Shown here in pieces: positions 1-7,829 of a stretch of 24,269 nucleotides of DNA. The position numbers and the translations under genes were made by a program. This stretch comes from Opitutia bacterium. Lineage in GTDB: Bacteria > Verrucomicrobiota > Verrucomicrobiia > Opitutales > T3Sed10-336. The stretch is taken from NCBI GenBank assembly GCA_050506795.1, contig JBJHCF010000060.1:1-24269 (forward strand). Reading direction: 5' to 3'. The notes beneath the pieces are model-generated. The model did not search any database. It was not told where the DNA came from and worked only from the letters and a program-made list of their open reading frames with translations. How positions within the stretch are numbered: the stretch's first letter is position 1; the number at the start of each line of letters is the position of its first letter.

Positions 1-63
1 CATGCAGTGGTACACCCCGCTCACCTCCCCCAAAACCTTCAGTCGCCTCCGATTCAATCTCAT
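1..63 (-). mobile_element. 5' end of a probable Y1 (IS200-like / REP-associated tyrosine) transposase, truncated by the window edge
   Basis: Not in the ORF track. The reverse complement from ATG at 63 reads MRLNRRRLKVLGEVSGVYHCM and runs off the window. A basic N-terminus followed by 'YHC(M/V)SR' is the typical start of RAYT/Y1 HUH transposases. Only 21 codons are visible. Confidence 0.6.
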
Positions 64-102
64 GCCAACACCCAATTCCACCAAACCGAAGCCGTCAACT
101 TA

Positions 103-121
103 TATTTTGCCTGGCAAAATA
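103..121. repeat. Perfect 9-bp inverted repeat TATTTTGCC-T-GGCAAAATA
   Basis: Directly visible, 40 nt upstream of the putative transposase ATG and next to a minus-strand TTGACG (98..93). Confidence 0.8.
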
Positions 122-167
122 ACTGATGATTTGAAGTCTGATGAGGGAGCTCTCGGGATGGAGAGGT

Positions 168-728
168 TCAGTTTAGGCTGGGGTCGTCGGGGAAATCGGC
201 GAGGAGTTTCATGTCGAGGCTGAGTTCGCCCATGATGGTTCGCCAGAGGTTGGAGCCGGTTTCGCCGTGCAGGACGTCGCTGTTGATGTTGGCGAGAACC
301 CAGGTGTTGGCGGCAAGTTCTCCTTCGAGCTGTTTTTTGCCCCAACCCGAGTAGCCGAGGAAGGCACGCAGCTCCATGCCTTGCTCGTCGCGCAGAATTT
401 TGGCCTTGTCGGCGTCGATGCCGAAAAACAGGCGGAACACTTTTTTCTCCTCAGACCAGGACCAGGCCGAGAGGATCATCTGGTCTGCCTGGACGGGGCC
501 TCCTTCGTACAGAGGTACGTCCGCCAGTGGACTGTAAACGAGGGCGCCGTCAAACTCCCCCAGGGTCTGATTCAGCGGACGGTTCAAGATCACTCCCATG
601 GCCCCCTCGTCGCCGGAATGCGCGGAGAGCAGGATCACGGCTTTCCGGAAATTTGGATCATCCAATCCGGGGTGCGCCAGAAGGAGAGATCCCACAAGAT
701 TGGACTCTGCGATTCTGGATACGTTCAT
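168..728 (-). CDS. yqgE: YqgE/AlgH family protein (DUF179)
   Basis: Motifs LLLAHPGLDDPNFRKAVILL, GAMGVILNRP, YEGGPV, FLGYSGWGKKQLEGEL, W, and the C-terminal PDDPSLN. ATG at 728. Confidence 0.93.
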   Translation of the reverse strand: MNVSRIAESNLVGSLLLAHPGLDDPNFRKAVILLSAHSGDEGAMGVILNRPLNQTLGEFDGALVYSPLADVPLYEGGPVQADQMILSAWSWSEEKKVFRLFFGIDADKAKILRDEQGMELRAFLGYSGWGKKQLEGELAANTWVLANINSDVLHGETGSNLWRTIMGELSLDMKLLADFPDDPSLN

Positions 729-739
729 CAATATGGACC

Positions 740-768
740 AAGATACTCTTCACCTTGCGACGAATCAA
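740..768 (-). promoter_or_regulatory. Putative sigma70 promoter of yqgE
   Basis: Minus strand TTGATT-17 nt-TATCTT, ending 11 nt before the ATG. Confidence 0.55.
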
Positions 769-801
769 GAGCGCAATTGAAACCATTCCGCAAATACCTG
801 C

Positions 802-1269
802 TCAAAGTTTCATGATGGAAACACCCGCCTCCCCGAGAATTTCCTGAGTCAGCGGGTCGTTATTGTAATCAATGCGGTATTTGATCGCGGCGATACCCGC
901 CCCAGCCAGAATTTTGGCGCAGTTGACACAGGGAAAGTGCGTAACATAGGCGCTGGCTCCTTCCACGCTGCTTCCTCGGCGTGCCGCGTCGACAATGGCA
1001 TTTTGCTCGGCATGGACTGTTCCCTGTTCATGTCCGTCACGAACCCGCGAACTGTGGGGAGTTCCCGGCAGGAATCCGTTATAACCGGCGGCGATGATCC
1101 GGTTCTTATGGGCTCCGCCTGAAACCAGCACACATCCGACATGCAAACGTCCGCAAGCCGAACGCGAGGCAATCAGGAACGCTGTTGCCATGAAATATTC
1201 ATCCCATGAGGGTCGATAGGACAACTCAGAGGTCACCGCTACGATCTGATCAAGGAAACCGTGACTCAT
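802..1269 (-). CDS. dCMP deaminase (ComEB/deoxycytidylate deaminase family)
   Basis: RPSWDEYFM, SRSAC, VGCVLV, AGYNG, and zinc motifs HAEQNA and FPCVNC. Confidence 0.92.
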   Translation of the reverse strand: MSHGFLDQIVAVTSELSYRPSWDEYFMATAFLIASRSACGRLHVGCVLVSGGAHKNRIIAAGYNGFLPGTPHSSRVRDGHEQGTVHAEQNAIVDAARRGSSVEGASAYVTHFPCVNCAKILAGAGIAAIKYRIDYNNDPLTQEILGEAGVSIMKL

Positions 1270-1355
1270 GGGCGCTGTTTAGTGTACTTTATCCGGCCAT
1301 GGCGAGCCTTTAAGGCCGGGTATATGATTGGGGACTCACCTTACCGAACGTTCGT

Positions 1356-1664
1356 TCATCGCTTCTTGCGAACCCGTGCGCTTTGCTTTTTTTTCGGATA
1401 ACCACCCTTCCCTTCCGCGACCTTCAGAGCCCTTTCCCCGCGCGGGGCGTACCGGTGCGTCCTTCCGTCGAGGTTCTTCAGGACCTCCTGCCAGGCCTGC
1501 AGTGTTTTGGTGCTAAGCTCGCCGGTCTCCATTTCATAGGCGAAGGTGGAAACGCAAAACTTCATCAGCGAGTTGCGCGACATGCCGGTTCGCTTCGCCA
1601 CCCGGTCGAGCCGCTCGATTACCTCCGGTGACAACCTCACCGGGATGCTGCGTCCTTCCGCCAT
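1356..1664 (-). CDS. Ribbon-helix-helix (CopG/Arc/MetJ-like) DNA-binding protein, 102 aa
   Basis: From the internal ATG at 1664: MAEGRSIPVRLSPEVIERLDRVAKRTGMSRNSLMKFCV, i.e. strand-helix-turn(G-x-S-R)-helix, then a basic tail. The longer ORF-track start overlaps glpD. Confidence 0.8.
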   Translation of the reverse strand: MAEGRSIPVRLSPEVIERLDRVAKRTGMSRNSLMKFCVSTFAYEMETGELSTKTLQAWQEVLKNLDGRTHRYAPRGERALKVAEGKGGYPKKKQSARVRKKR

Positions 1665-1764
1665 CCATCCGAGCGTGTACAAAAACGCACCGCCTTCAAT
1701 CCCGATATTCGAAAAAATTGCTCGCAGCCGGAATCCAGGCGTTGATTCAATCGATCTTACCGGC

Positions 1765-3342
1765 ATGAATCGCGAGCAAACAATAGACCGCCTGAACCAG
1801 GAGCCCGATCCCTGGGATTTTATCGTCATTGGCGGCGGAGCGACCGGACTCGGAACCGCGGTCGATGCCGCCTCCCGCGGTTACCGTACGCTCCTGATCG
1901 AGCGCGAGGATTTCGCCCACGGCACCTCGAGCCGCAGCACCAAACTCATCCACGGGGGCGTTCGCTATCTGCGCCAGGGCAATCTGTCCCTTGTCATTTC
2001 CGCATTGCGGGAACGCGGTCGCCTGCACGCCAACGCCCCGCATCTGGTGCACCGCCTCGGATTCGTGATTCCGGTCTATCGCTGGCGGGACAAACCATTC
2101 TACGGGATCGGCTTGAAGCTGTATGACCGTCTGGCGGGGAAACTGAGTCTGGGCTCTTCGCAAACCCTTTCGAAGCGGGAAGCCCAGAAACGCCTTCCCA
2201 ACCTGGAAACGAAGGGCCTGACCGGCGGCATTCTTTACTACGATGCTCAATTCGACGACGCCCGACTGGCGGTCAATCTCGCCCAGACCGCAGCGGAACA
2301 TGGGGCGGCCGTGCTCAACCAGGCGGAAGTCACCGGCTTTATCCACGAGGGCGGGCAGGTTGCCGGCGTTCTTCTGCGCGACCGGGAGACGGGAAACGAA
2401 CTGGAGGTTCGCGGCAAAGCCGTGGTCAATGCCACCGGGGTTTTCACCGACTCCGTCCGCCTCCTCGATAATGCCAAGGCGGAACCGCTGCTGGTTTTCA
2501 GTCGAGGTTCCCACCTGGTCCTGCCACGGAAATTCCTGTCCGGACCGGATGCCTTGATGGTGCCGAAGACCGCCGACGGTCGAGTGTTATTCGCCATTCC
2601 CTGGCATGACCGGGTTATCGTCGGGACCACCGACGTCCCGGTACCCTCGGCGGATCGCGAACCGGCGCCCCGGAAGGACGAACTTCAATTCCTCCTGGAG
2701 CACGCCGCCAAGTACCTCCAAACAGACCCGCAAACCGGCGATGTTCTGAGCGTATTCTCCGGTCTTCGGCCGCTGATTTCGCGCAAGGGCGGTCATGGCA
2801 CAGCCGGATTGTCGCGGGACCACACCATCGTAGTCTCCCCCACCAGGCTCCTTACCGTCACCGGCGGCAAATGGACCACCTATCGCAAAATGGCGGAGGA
2901 CGTGGTGAACCGGGGGGAGCAGGTTGCCGGATTCTCATCTCGCCGCTGCCCCACGGCCCATCTGCCGCTGCACGGAGGCGCTTTCGAAGAAACCCCGTCC
3001 GGTCCGTTGGCCGTTTACGGGACCGACAGTCCGGCCATTGAAGCCCTGAAAAAAGAATTCCCGGACCTGGCGGAAACGATCCATCCCCGCCTGCCGATCA
3101 GCAAAGCGGAAATCGTTTGGGCGGCGCGGCACGAAATGGCCCGCACGGTCTATGATGTGCTCGCCCGCCGCACCCGCTCCCTGATCCTGGACGCCGCTGC
3201 CAGTATGGACGCGGCGCCGGAGGTCGCCCGCCTGGTGGCCAAAGAAATCAATCGCGATGATTCCTCATGGCAGCAGGAACAGGTAGCAAGCTTTCAGCGC
3301 ATCGCCGCCACCCACCTGATTGAAAACCAGTGGCAGGTCTGA
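1765..3342 (+). CDS. glpD: FAD-dependent glycerol-3-phosphate dehydrogenase
   Basis: DFIVIGGGATG, GTSSRSTKLIHGGVRYL, QFDDARL, VGTTD, SGLRPL, SRDH, GGKWTTYRKMAE, DVLARRTR. Start taken as ATG 1765. Confidence 0.95.
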   Translation: MNREQTIDRLNQEPDPWDFIVIGGGATGLGTAVDAASRGYRTLLIEREDFAHGTSSRSTKLIHGGVRYLRQGNLSLVISALRERGRLHANAPHLVHRLGFVIPVYRWRDKPFYGIGLKLYDRLAGKLSLGSSQTLSKREAQKRLPNLETKGLTGGILYYDAQFDDARLAVNLAQTAAEHGAAVLNQAEVTGFIHEGGQVAGVLLRDRETGNELEVRGKAVVNATGVFTDSVRLLDNAKAEPLLVFSRGSHLVLPRKFLSGPDALMVPKTADGRVLFAIPWHDRVIVGTTDVPVPSADREPAPRKDELQFLLEHAAKYLQTDPQTGDVLSVFSGLRPLISRKGGHGTAGLSRDHTIVVSPTRLLTVTGGKWTTYRKMAEDVVNRGEQVAGFSSRRCPTAHLPLHGGAFEETPSGPLAVYGTDSPAIEALKKEFPDLAETIHPRLPISKAEIVWAARHEMARTVYDVLARRTRSLILDAAASMDAAPEVARLVAKEINRDDSSWQQEQVASFQRIAATHLIENQWQV

Positions 3343-3398
3343 GCAGGCCCCGTTTCCGCTTGCCGCGCACAGCCGGGTGTCGACTAATATTTCATAAA

Positions 3399-3929
3399 AT
3401 GACCGAAACCTTTGAACATCCCGCAACGATCCGTCGGGATCACATCAAGTACACCCTGATGCGCCTGGGGTTATGGCTGCTGATCGGAATCCCTTTCTGG
3501 ATCTTCGGTATTCTCATGGCGGTGCGCGGCGACGGCTATGCCGGCCTGGTATTTGCCATCGCGTTCACGATCATAAAAACCGGCTTCGAGATCTTTTTTT
3601 ATATTGGTTCCCGCGAGATCCTCTCTCTGGCTGAAAAGCGAATCCGATTCGACGGAGAACGACTGAATCAAATCGGCTCGGACAACACCACTCTGGCAGC
3701 CATCGACCTGGAAAAGCCATTTGAGGTGAGTTTCTCCTTCAACCTTCTCGGCCAGCCGATCTACGCCGTCAGACAAGACGATACCACTCTCAAATTCTCG
3801 TCGCGGCTTGATGGCGCCCAGCGTTTGGTCTGTAAAATCCTCGAAAATCCCGGCCAATGGCCCCCGGAGGTCCCCCAACCCGAGTCCGCCGCATCCCGCT
3901 ATCACCGTCAGGCCGATCCGGAGAAATAA
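3399..3929 (+). CDS. Hypothetical membrane protein: two N-terminal TM helices plus a soluble beta-rich C-terminal domain
   Basis: Hydrophobic segments LGLWLLIGIPFWIFGILMAV and AGLVFAIAFTIIKTGFEIFFYIG. ATG 3399 fills the gap after glpD. Confidence 0.7.
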   Translation: MTETFEHPATIRRDHIKYTLMRLGLWLLIGIPFWIFGILMAVRGDGYAGLVFAIAFTIIKTGFEIFFYIGSREILSLAEKRIRFDGERLNQIGSDNTTLAAIDLEKPFEVSFSFNLLGQPIYAVRQDDTTLKFSSRLDGAQRLVCKILENPGQWPPEVPQPESAASRYHRQADPEK

Positions 3930-4005
3930 TAACGGCGGCGTCGCACTCGATCCCTCCGCCGCGAACCGCGCTAAAGCCGCGCCTCAAGGGCCATCATTTT
4001 TTCGA

Positions 4006-4035
4006 TTGACCTAACGTATACAGCATTTCTACGTT
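4006..4035 (+). promoter_or_regulatory. Putative sigma70 promoter (likely leaderless transcript) with overlapping inverted repeat
   Basis: TTGACC (4006-4011)-18 nt-TACGTT (4030-4035), with the ATG at 4042. AACGTA (4013-4018) and TACGTT form an inverted repeat with an 11-nt spacer. Confidence 0.55.
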
Positions 4036-4041
4036 CTGCTC

Positions 4042-4233
4042 ATGAAGGCAAGATCCATTCCCCTGCGGATCGATGAAAATTTGGCCGAACGCATTTCCCG
4101 AACCGCAAAACGTCTTAATCTCCCGCGCTCGGTCCTGCTGCGGACGGCGATCGAGTTGCAACTCGAACGAATCGAGCGCGGCACGCTGGATCCACGCGAC
4201 GCCGCCCGGACGTCGTCCGGGCGAAAGGACTGA
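4042..4233 (+). CDS. Ribbon-helix-helix DNA-binding protein, 63 aa
   Basis: MKARSIPLRIDENLAERISRTAKRLNLPRSVLLRTAIELQL fits the RHH pattern and is clearly similar to the protein at 1356..1664. Confidence 0.8.
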   Translation: MKARSIPLRIDENLAERISRTAKRLNLPRSVLLRTAIELQLERIERGTLDPRDAARTSSGRKD

Positions 4234-4280
4234 ATTTCCCCACAACCTTCGACCGAACCGGCTGACGACTACCAGAGCAA

Positions 4281-4505
4281 ATGCAAGCTTCCGAACAACC
4301 CGAACCGCCGTCGGTCCCTGAATCGGGAACGGAGTTCCCGGTCGCCGACCCCAGGTCCCGGACGGTCACCGTCTGTGTCTGGTGTCCGGACAAAGACACC
4401 CGGATCAACGATCTGATGTCCCATTTTCCCGGAATGTCGATCAGTCACGGTATTTGCCGCCCCTGCATGGAAAAGGAAATGGCGAAGATTCAAAACCAGT
4501 TTTGA
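4281..4505 (+). CDS. Small putative zinc-binding protein (CxWC...SHGICxxC)
   Basis: VCVWC and ISHGICRPC motifs followed by an amphipathic helix. Confidence 0.7.
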   Translation: MQASEQPEPPSVPESGTEFPVADPRSRTVTVCVWCPDKDTRINDLMSHFPGMSISHGICRPCMEKEMAKIQNQF

Positions 4506-4576
4506 AATCCTCCCATAGATAGATATAAAACAGGCTTTATGCTGCGGCCGGTTTCGCCTTACGGTGATCGCGGACT

Positions 4577-5899
4577 ATGATTTGGGCCTACCGTATTGTC
4601 TTTCTTCCTTTGTTGTTGATTCTTCTGCCGCGCTACCTGCTGCGTATGAAAAAAAGGGGGGGCTACCGCGATGGGTTTTTGACCCGCCTGGGAATCATCA
4701 ACGGCCTGCCGCCCAAGAAGACAGGGGTTCAACGAGTCTGGATTCAGGCGGTCAGCGTGGGGGAAATCCTCGGGGTCGTTCCCATCCTGCGGGCCCTGGC
4801 GGCGCGACCGGACTACGAGGTTTTTCTCACCACCACCACCAGCACCGGCTACGCCCTGGCCCGCGAACGTTACCGCGAACAGTTGATTGGCCTGGCCTAC
4901 TTTCCGCTCGACTTCTGGCCTTTCAGCCGGCGCTCCTGGAATCGGGTTCAGCCGGACCTCTGTCTGTTAATGGAATCCGAGCTCTGGCCGGAACACCTCC
5001 ATCAGGCCGCGGTGAGAAGCGTACCGCTGCTGCTGATCAACGGTCGCATATCCGATCGCTCCTTCGGGCGTCTATCAGCCCTGACATTCCTCACTCCCCG
5101 CCTTCTGGGGAAGTTCTCCCGGATTCTGGCCGCATCCGAGGACGACGCAAAAAGGTTCGCCGAACTCGGCGCCACCGCCGATGCCGTGACGGTCAGCGGC
5201 AACCTCAAACTCGACGTCAACCTGGAACCCATCCTGAACGACGCCCAAAAGGACGCCCTCCTCCGCGAATTGGGGTTATCCGGACCGGCGAAAGCCTCCC
5301 CGCCTCCCATTCTCCTGCTCGGATCATCCACCTGGCCGGGAGAGGAAGAAATGCTCCTGCGCGTGCTCGGCCGCGCGCGGGAGGCAGGACTAAACTGCCG
5401 GTTGCTCCTGGTTCCCCGTCACATGGAACGCCGGGTTGAGGTCCGCCGTACCCTGGAAGGGTTCCCATTCAGTTTCCATTTTCGCAGTCAGGGTGCGGCC
5501 ACCGAAGTCGTCGACGTGGCGGTGGCCGACACCACCGGCGAACTGCTAAGGCTCACACAACTCGCCGACCTGGTCTTTGTCGGGAAAAGCCTCCCGCCTA
5601 ATCATGGCGGACAAACGCCGATCGAAGCCGCCGCTTTCGGCAAACCGCTGCTCTACGGTCCACACATGACCAACTTTCGCCTGATCGCGCGCCAACTGGT
5701 GGATGCGGGCGCGGCGGTGGTGGTGGGCGACGAGACCGATCTCATAGATCAGGCCTTGCCATTGCTCTCCAGTCCGGAAGAACGGGCCCGGATGGCGGCA
5801 CGGGCCCGCGAATGGCACACCGCCAATCGGGGAGCCGTTCAAAAAACCCTGGAAACCATCGAAGAAACGGCCGCCAGCAACCGCATAGCGCACCCGTGA
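4577..5899 (+). CDS. waaA: 3-deoxy-D-manno-octulosonic acid (Kdo) transferase
   Basis: N-terminal TM, WIQAVSVGE, TTTTSTG, YFPLD, ESELWP, NGRISDRS, GNLKLD, LVPRHMER, DTTGEL, GGQTPIEAA, GPHMTNF. Confidence 0.95.
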   Translation: MIWAYRIVFLPLLLILLPRYLLRMKKRGGYRDGFLTRLGIINGLPPKKTGVQRVWIQAVSVGEILGVVPILRALAARPDYEVFLTTTTSTGYALARERYREQLIGLAYFPLDFWPFSRRSWNRVQPDLCLLMESELWPEHLHQAAVRSVPLLLINGRISDRSFGRLSALTFLTPRLLGKFSRILAASEDDAKRFAELGATADAVTVSGNLKLDVNLEPILNDAQKDALLRELGLSGPAKASPPPILLLGSSTWPGEEEMLLRVLGRAREAGLNCRLLLVPRHMERRVEVRRTLEGFPFSFHFRSQGAATEVVDVAVADTTGELLRLTQLADLVFVGKSLPPNHGGQTPIEAAAFGKPLLYGPHMTNFRLIARQLVDAGAAVVVGDETDLIDQALPLLSSPEERARMAARAREWHTANRGAVQKTLETIEETAASNRIAHP

Positions 5900-6564
5900 C
5901 ACCCTTTCCGAAACACCGCGAGGTCCAGCCGGAAATTCTCGATTCGCTTCCGCAGGACCACCCCGACGCCCTGGGCAACCGGCGTGACCTGCGCCTGATC
6001 AATTTCCTCATGGGCAATTTTCGCTGGATCGGGCGGAATTTGGCGAAAGTCGTAAACCCAACAGACACCGGACTGGAAATCGGGGCCGGCGACGGCTGGT
6101 TGGGGCACCATCTCGGGAAACGAAATCGGCTTCCGGCCACGGTTCGTATCGATGGTCTGGATTTGTGGCAACGCCCTTCCCTTTGGCCCGAATCGTGGGG
6201 CTGGCGCCGCGAGGATATCACCGCATTTTCGGACTTCGGCCGGTACAATTTTGTTCTGGCCAACCTCATTCTACACCAATTCGAAGACCGGGAACTGCGC
6301 GAAATCGGACGCCGTCTTCGCAACGGTCCCCGCCTTATTCTGGCCTGCGAACCGCGCCGGCACCCGCTTCACCTCAAGCAGTTTCAACTCCTCAAACCAT
6401 TCCGCCTGAATCGGGTGAGCTGGCATGACGGTGAGGTCAGCATTCGGGCCGGCTTCCGAGACAACGAGTTGCCTCGCCTCCTCGGCCTCGAGGAAGACCG
6501 ATGGAAGATCCGCTGCCGTAACAGCTTTCTTGGAGCCTGTCGCATGGTGGCGGTGCGGCGCTGA
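5896..6564 (+). CDS. Class I SAM-dependent methyltransferase-domain protein
   Basis: The GTG start overlaps the waaA stop (GTGA). Motifs EILD...DLRLINFLMG, LEIGAGDG, GLDL, ANLILHQF, HDGEVSIRAGF. Confidence 0.8.
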   Translation: MTPFPKHREVQPEILDSLPQDHPDALGNRRDLRLINFLMGNFRWIGRNLAKVVNPTDTGLEIGAGDGWLGHHLGKRNRLPATVRIDGLDLWQRPSLWPESWGWRREDITAFSDFGRYNFVLANLILHQFEDRELREIGRRLRNGPRLILACEPRRHPLHLKQFQLLKPFRLNRVSWHDGEVSIRAGFRDNELPRLLGLEEDRWKIRCRNSFLGACRMVAVRR

Positions 6565-6668
6565 ACACTTGAAGGAAAATTCAGCAAAACATTCCCCAAA
6601 ACCACGTGTCCAAAGACCTTGACCACGACCCGCGAAGGGCGTTTCTAATTTCAACATCGGTGTCGCTC

Positions 6669-7805
6669 ATGAATTTGTTTCACCACCCCCACCCGGCTCG
6701 ACCGGCCCTTCTCCTGACAGGCGTCCTTCTGACCTTCCTCGGCGCGCCGGGCTGGGCGCAGTCCGATTCCAGTCCGCTTACCGCCGCCATCTTCGTGCAG
6801 AATCGAGCCGGACCGGAGTTCGAGGATAAAGCGGGTCTGCTGGAAGATCTCATCACCTCGCGAGTCACCGAACTCGGCTACTCGGTAATGAGCCGCGAAC
6901 TCTTGCTGGACGCCGTTGCCGCCGACCCGGAACGCGACCTCGACGCCCTGCTTTCCAGCCGCACCTCCGCCGCCGGCCTGGCGAGAAACCTTGACGCCGA
7001 CGCCATTCTGGCGGTGACGATTTCCTCGTTCGGCCGCAATCTCCGCCATTACCAGGGACACGGAGTCGATGTGGTCAGCACCGAACACGTATTGCGGGCC
7101 ACCTATCGTCTGTTCGACGGATGGGAGGGCGGAAGCCTCCTCGCCGACACGGTGCGGGTCACCCATAACGAGCGGACCAGTCCGAACCTCAGTCGTCAGA
7201 CCAACGACCTCCCCAACGACTTGCTCGACCGAGCTTCCGCTCAATTGGCCTTAGGGCTGGCGACGCGCACCGTGGAAGGCCCCCCTGCCGTTTTCGCGGA
7301 ACGCCCGTCCAAAGTCCCTTTTCAGGTCGATATCTCCCTGCGAAACCTGCGCATTCCCCACGTCAATGTCTCCCGTGACGGCGTGGTCACGCTGAGCAAC
7401 ACCGATCATGAGATGGTCCCGCAATCGGTGACCGTGGAACTCGACGGCATCGTGGTCGGCAGCGCCCCCGGAGCCCTGCAAGGCCGTCCCGGTCTGCAGC
7501 GGATGCGGCTGAGTCGCGACGGCTTTGCCGACTGGGAACGGATGGTAAACCTGTACCCGGATTTCCACCTCAATGTTGCCCTGGAACCCTCCGCCGAGGG
7601 CGTAGAGCGCTGGCGGGAGTACACGGAATTTCTCAATGAACTGCAAACCGGAGCCCGTCTGACGGAGGCCGAAATCGAAGTGCTCCGCGGGCACGCCGAA
7701 CAGCTGAGGCAGAGCGGTTTCCTCATCGACATCCGGGTGGATACCGAAGAAGGTCTCACGATCGAAAACCGGTATCCCCGTCTCTTTCCACAACTCGGAC
7801 GCTGA
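6669..7805 (+). CDS. Secreted protein: N-terminal CsgG/TolB-N-like alpha/beta domain plus PEGA domain
   Basis: Signal peptide ending GWA-Q. AAIFVQN...LEDLITSRVTELGYSVMSRE...ARNLDADAILAVTI. PEGA-like VTVELDGIVVGSAP...PGLQRMRLSRDGFADWERMV. Confidence 0.75.
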   Translation: MNLFHHPHPARPALLLTGVLLTFLGAPGWAQSDSSPLTAAIFVQNRAGPEFEDKAGLLEDLITSRVTELGYSVMSRELLLDAVAADPERDLDALLSSRTSAAGLARNLDADAILAVTISSFGRNLRHYQGHGVDVVSTEHVLRATYRLFDGWEGGSLLADTVRVTHNERTSPNLSRQTNDLPNDLLDRASAQLALGLATRTVEGPPAVFAERPSKVPFQVDISLRNLRIPHVNVSRDGVVTLSNTDHEMVPQSVTVELDGIVVGSAPGALQGRPGLQRMRLSRDGFADWERMVNLYPDFHLNVALEPSAEGVERWREYTEFLNELQTGARLTEAEIEVLRGHAEQLRQSGFLIDIRVDTEEGLTIENRYPRLFPQLGR

Positions 7806-7829
7806 AAAAGCCAAAGCTTATCTAATGCC

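Noticed and set aside
2..223. 73-aa + strand ORF at the window start
   Set aside because: It overlaps the yqgE 3' end and has no motifs. The minus-strand transposase-like frame explains bases 1-63 better.
802..1269. Anti-phage dCTP deaminase
   Set aside because: It is a short stand-alone ComEB-type enzyme with no kinase-like domain, in a housekeeping context.
1290..1322. Hairpin TATCCGGCC...GGCCGGGTA as a terminator
   Set aside because: The loop is large and there is no convincing U-tract, so its function cannot be supported.
1546..1764. N-terminal extension of glpD in the ORF track
   Set aside because: It overlaps the antisense RHH gene. GlpD similarity starts at Met 1765.
4564..5439. 291-aa alternative-frame ORF
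   Set aside because: It lies almost wholly inside waaA and has the Arg/Pro/Gly-rich composition of an off-frame read in GC-rich DNA.
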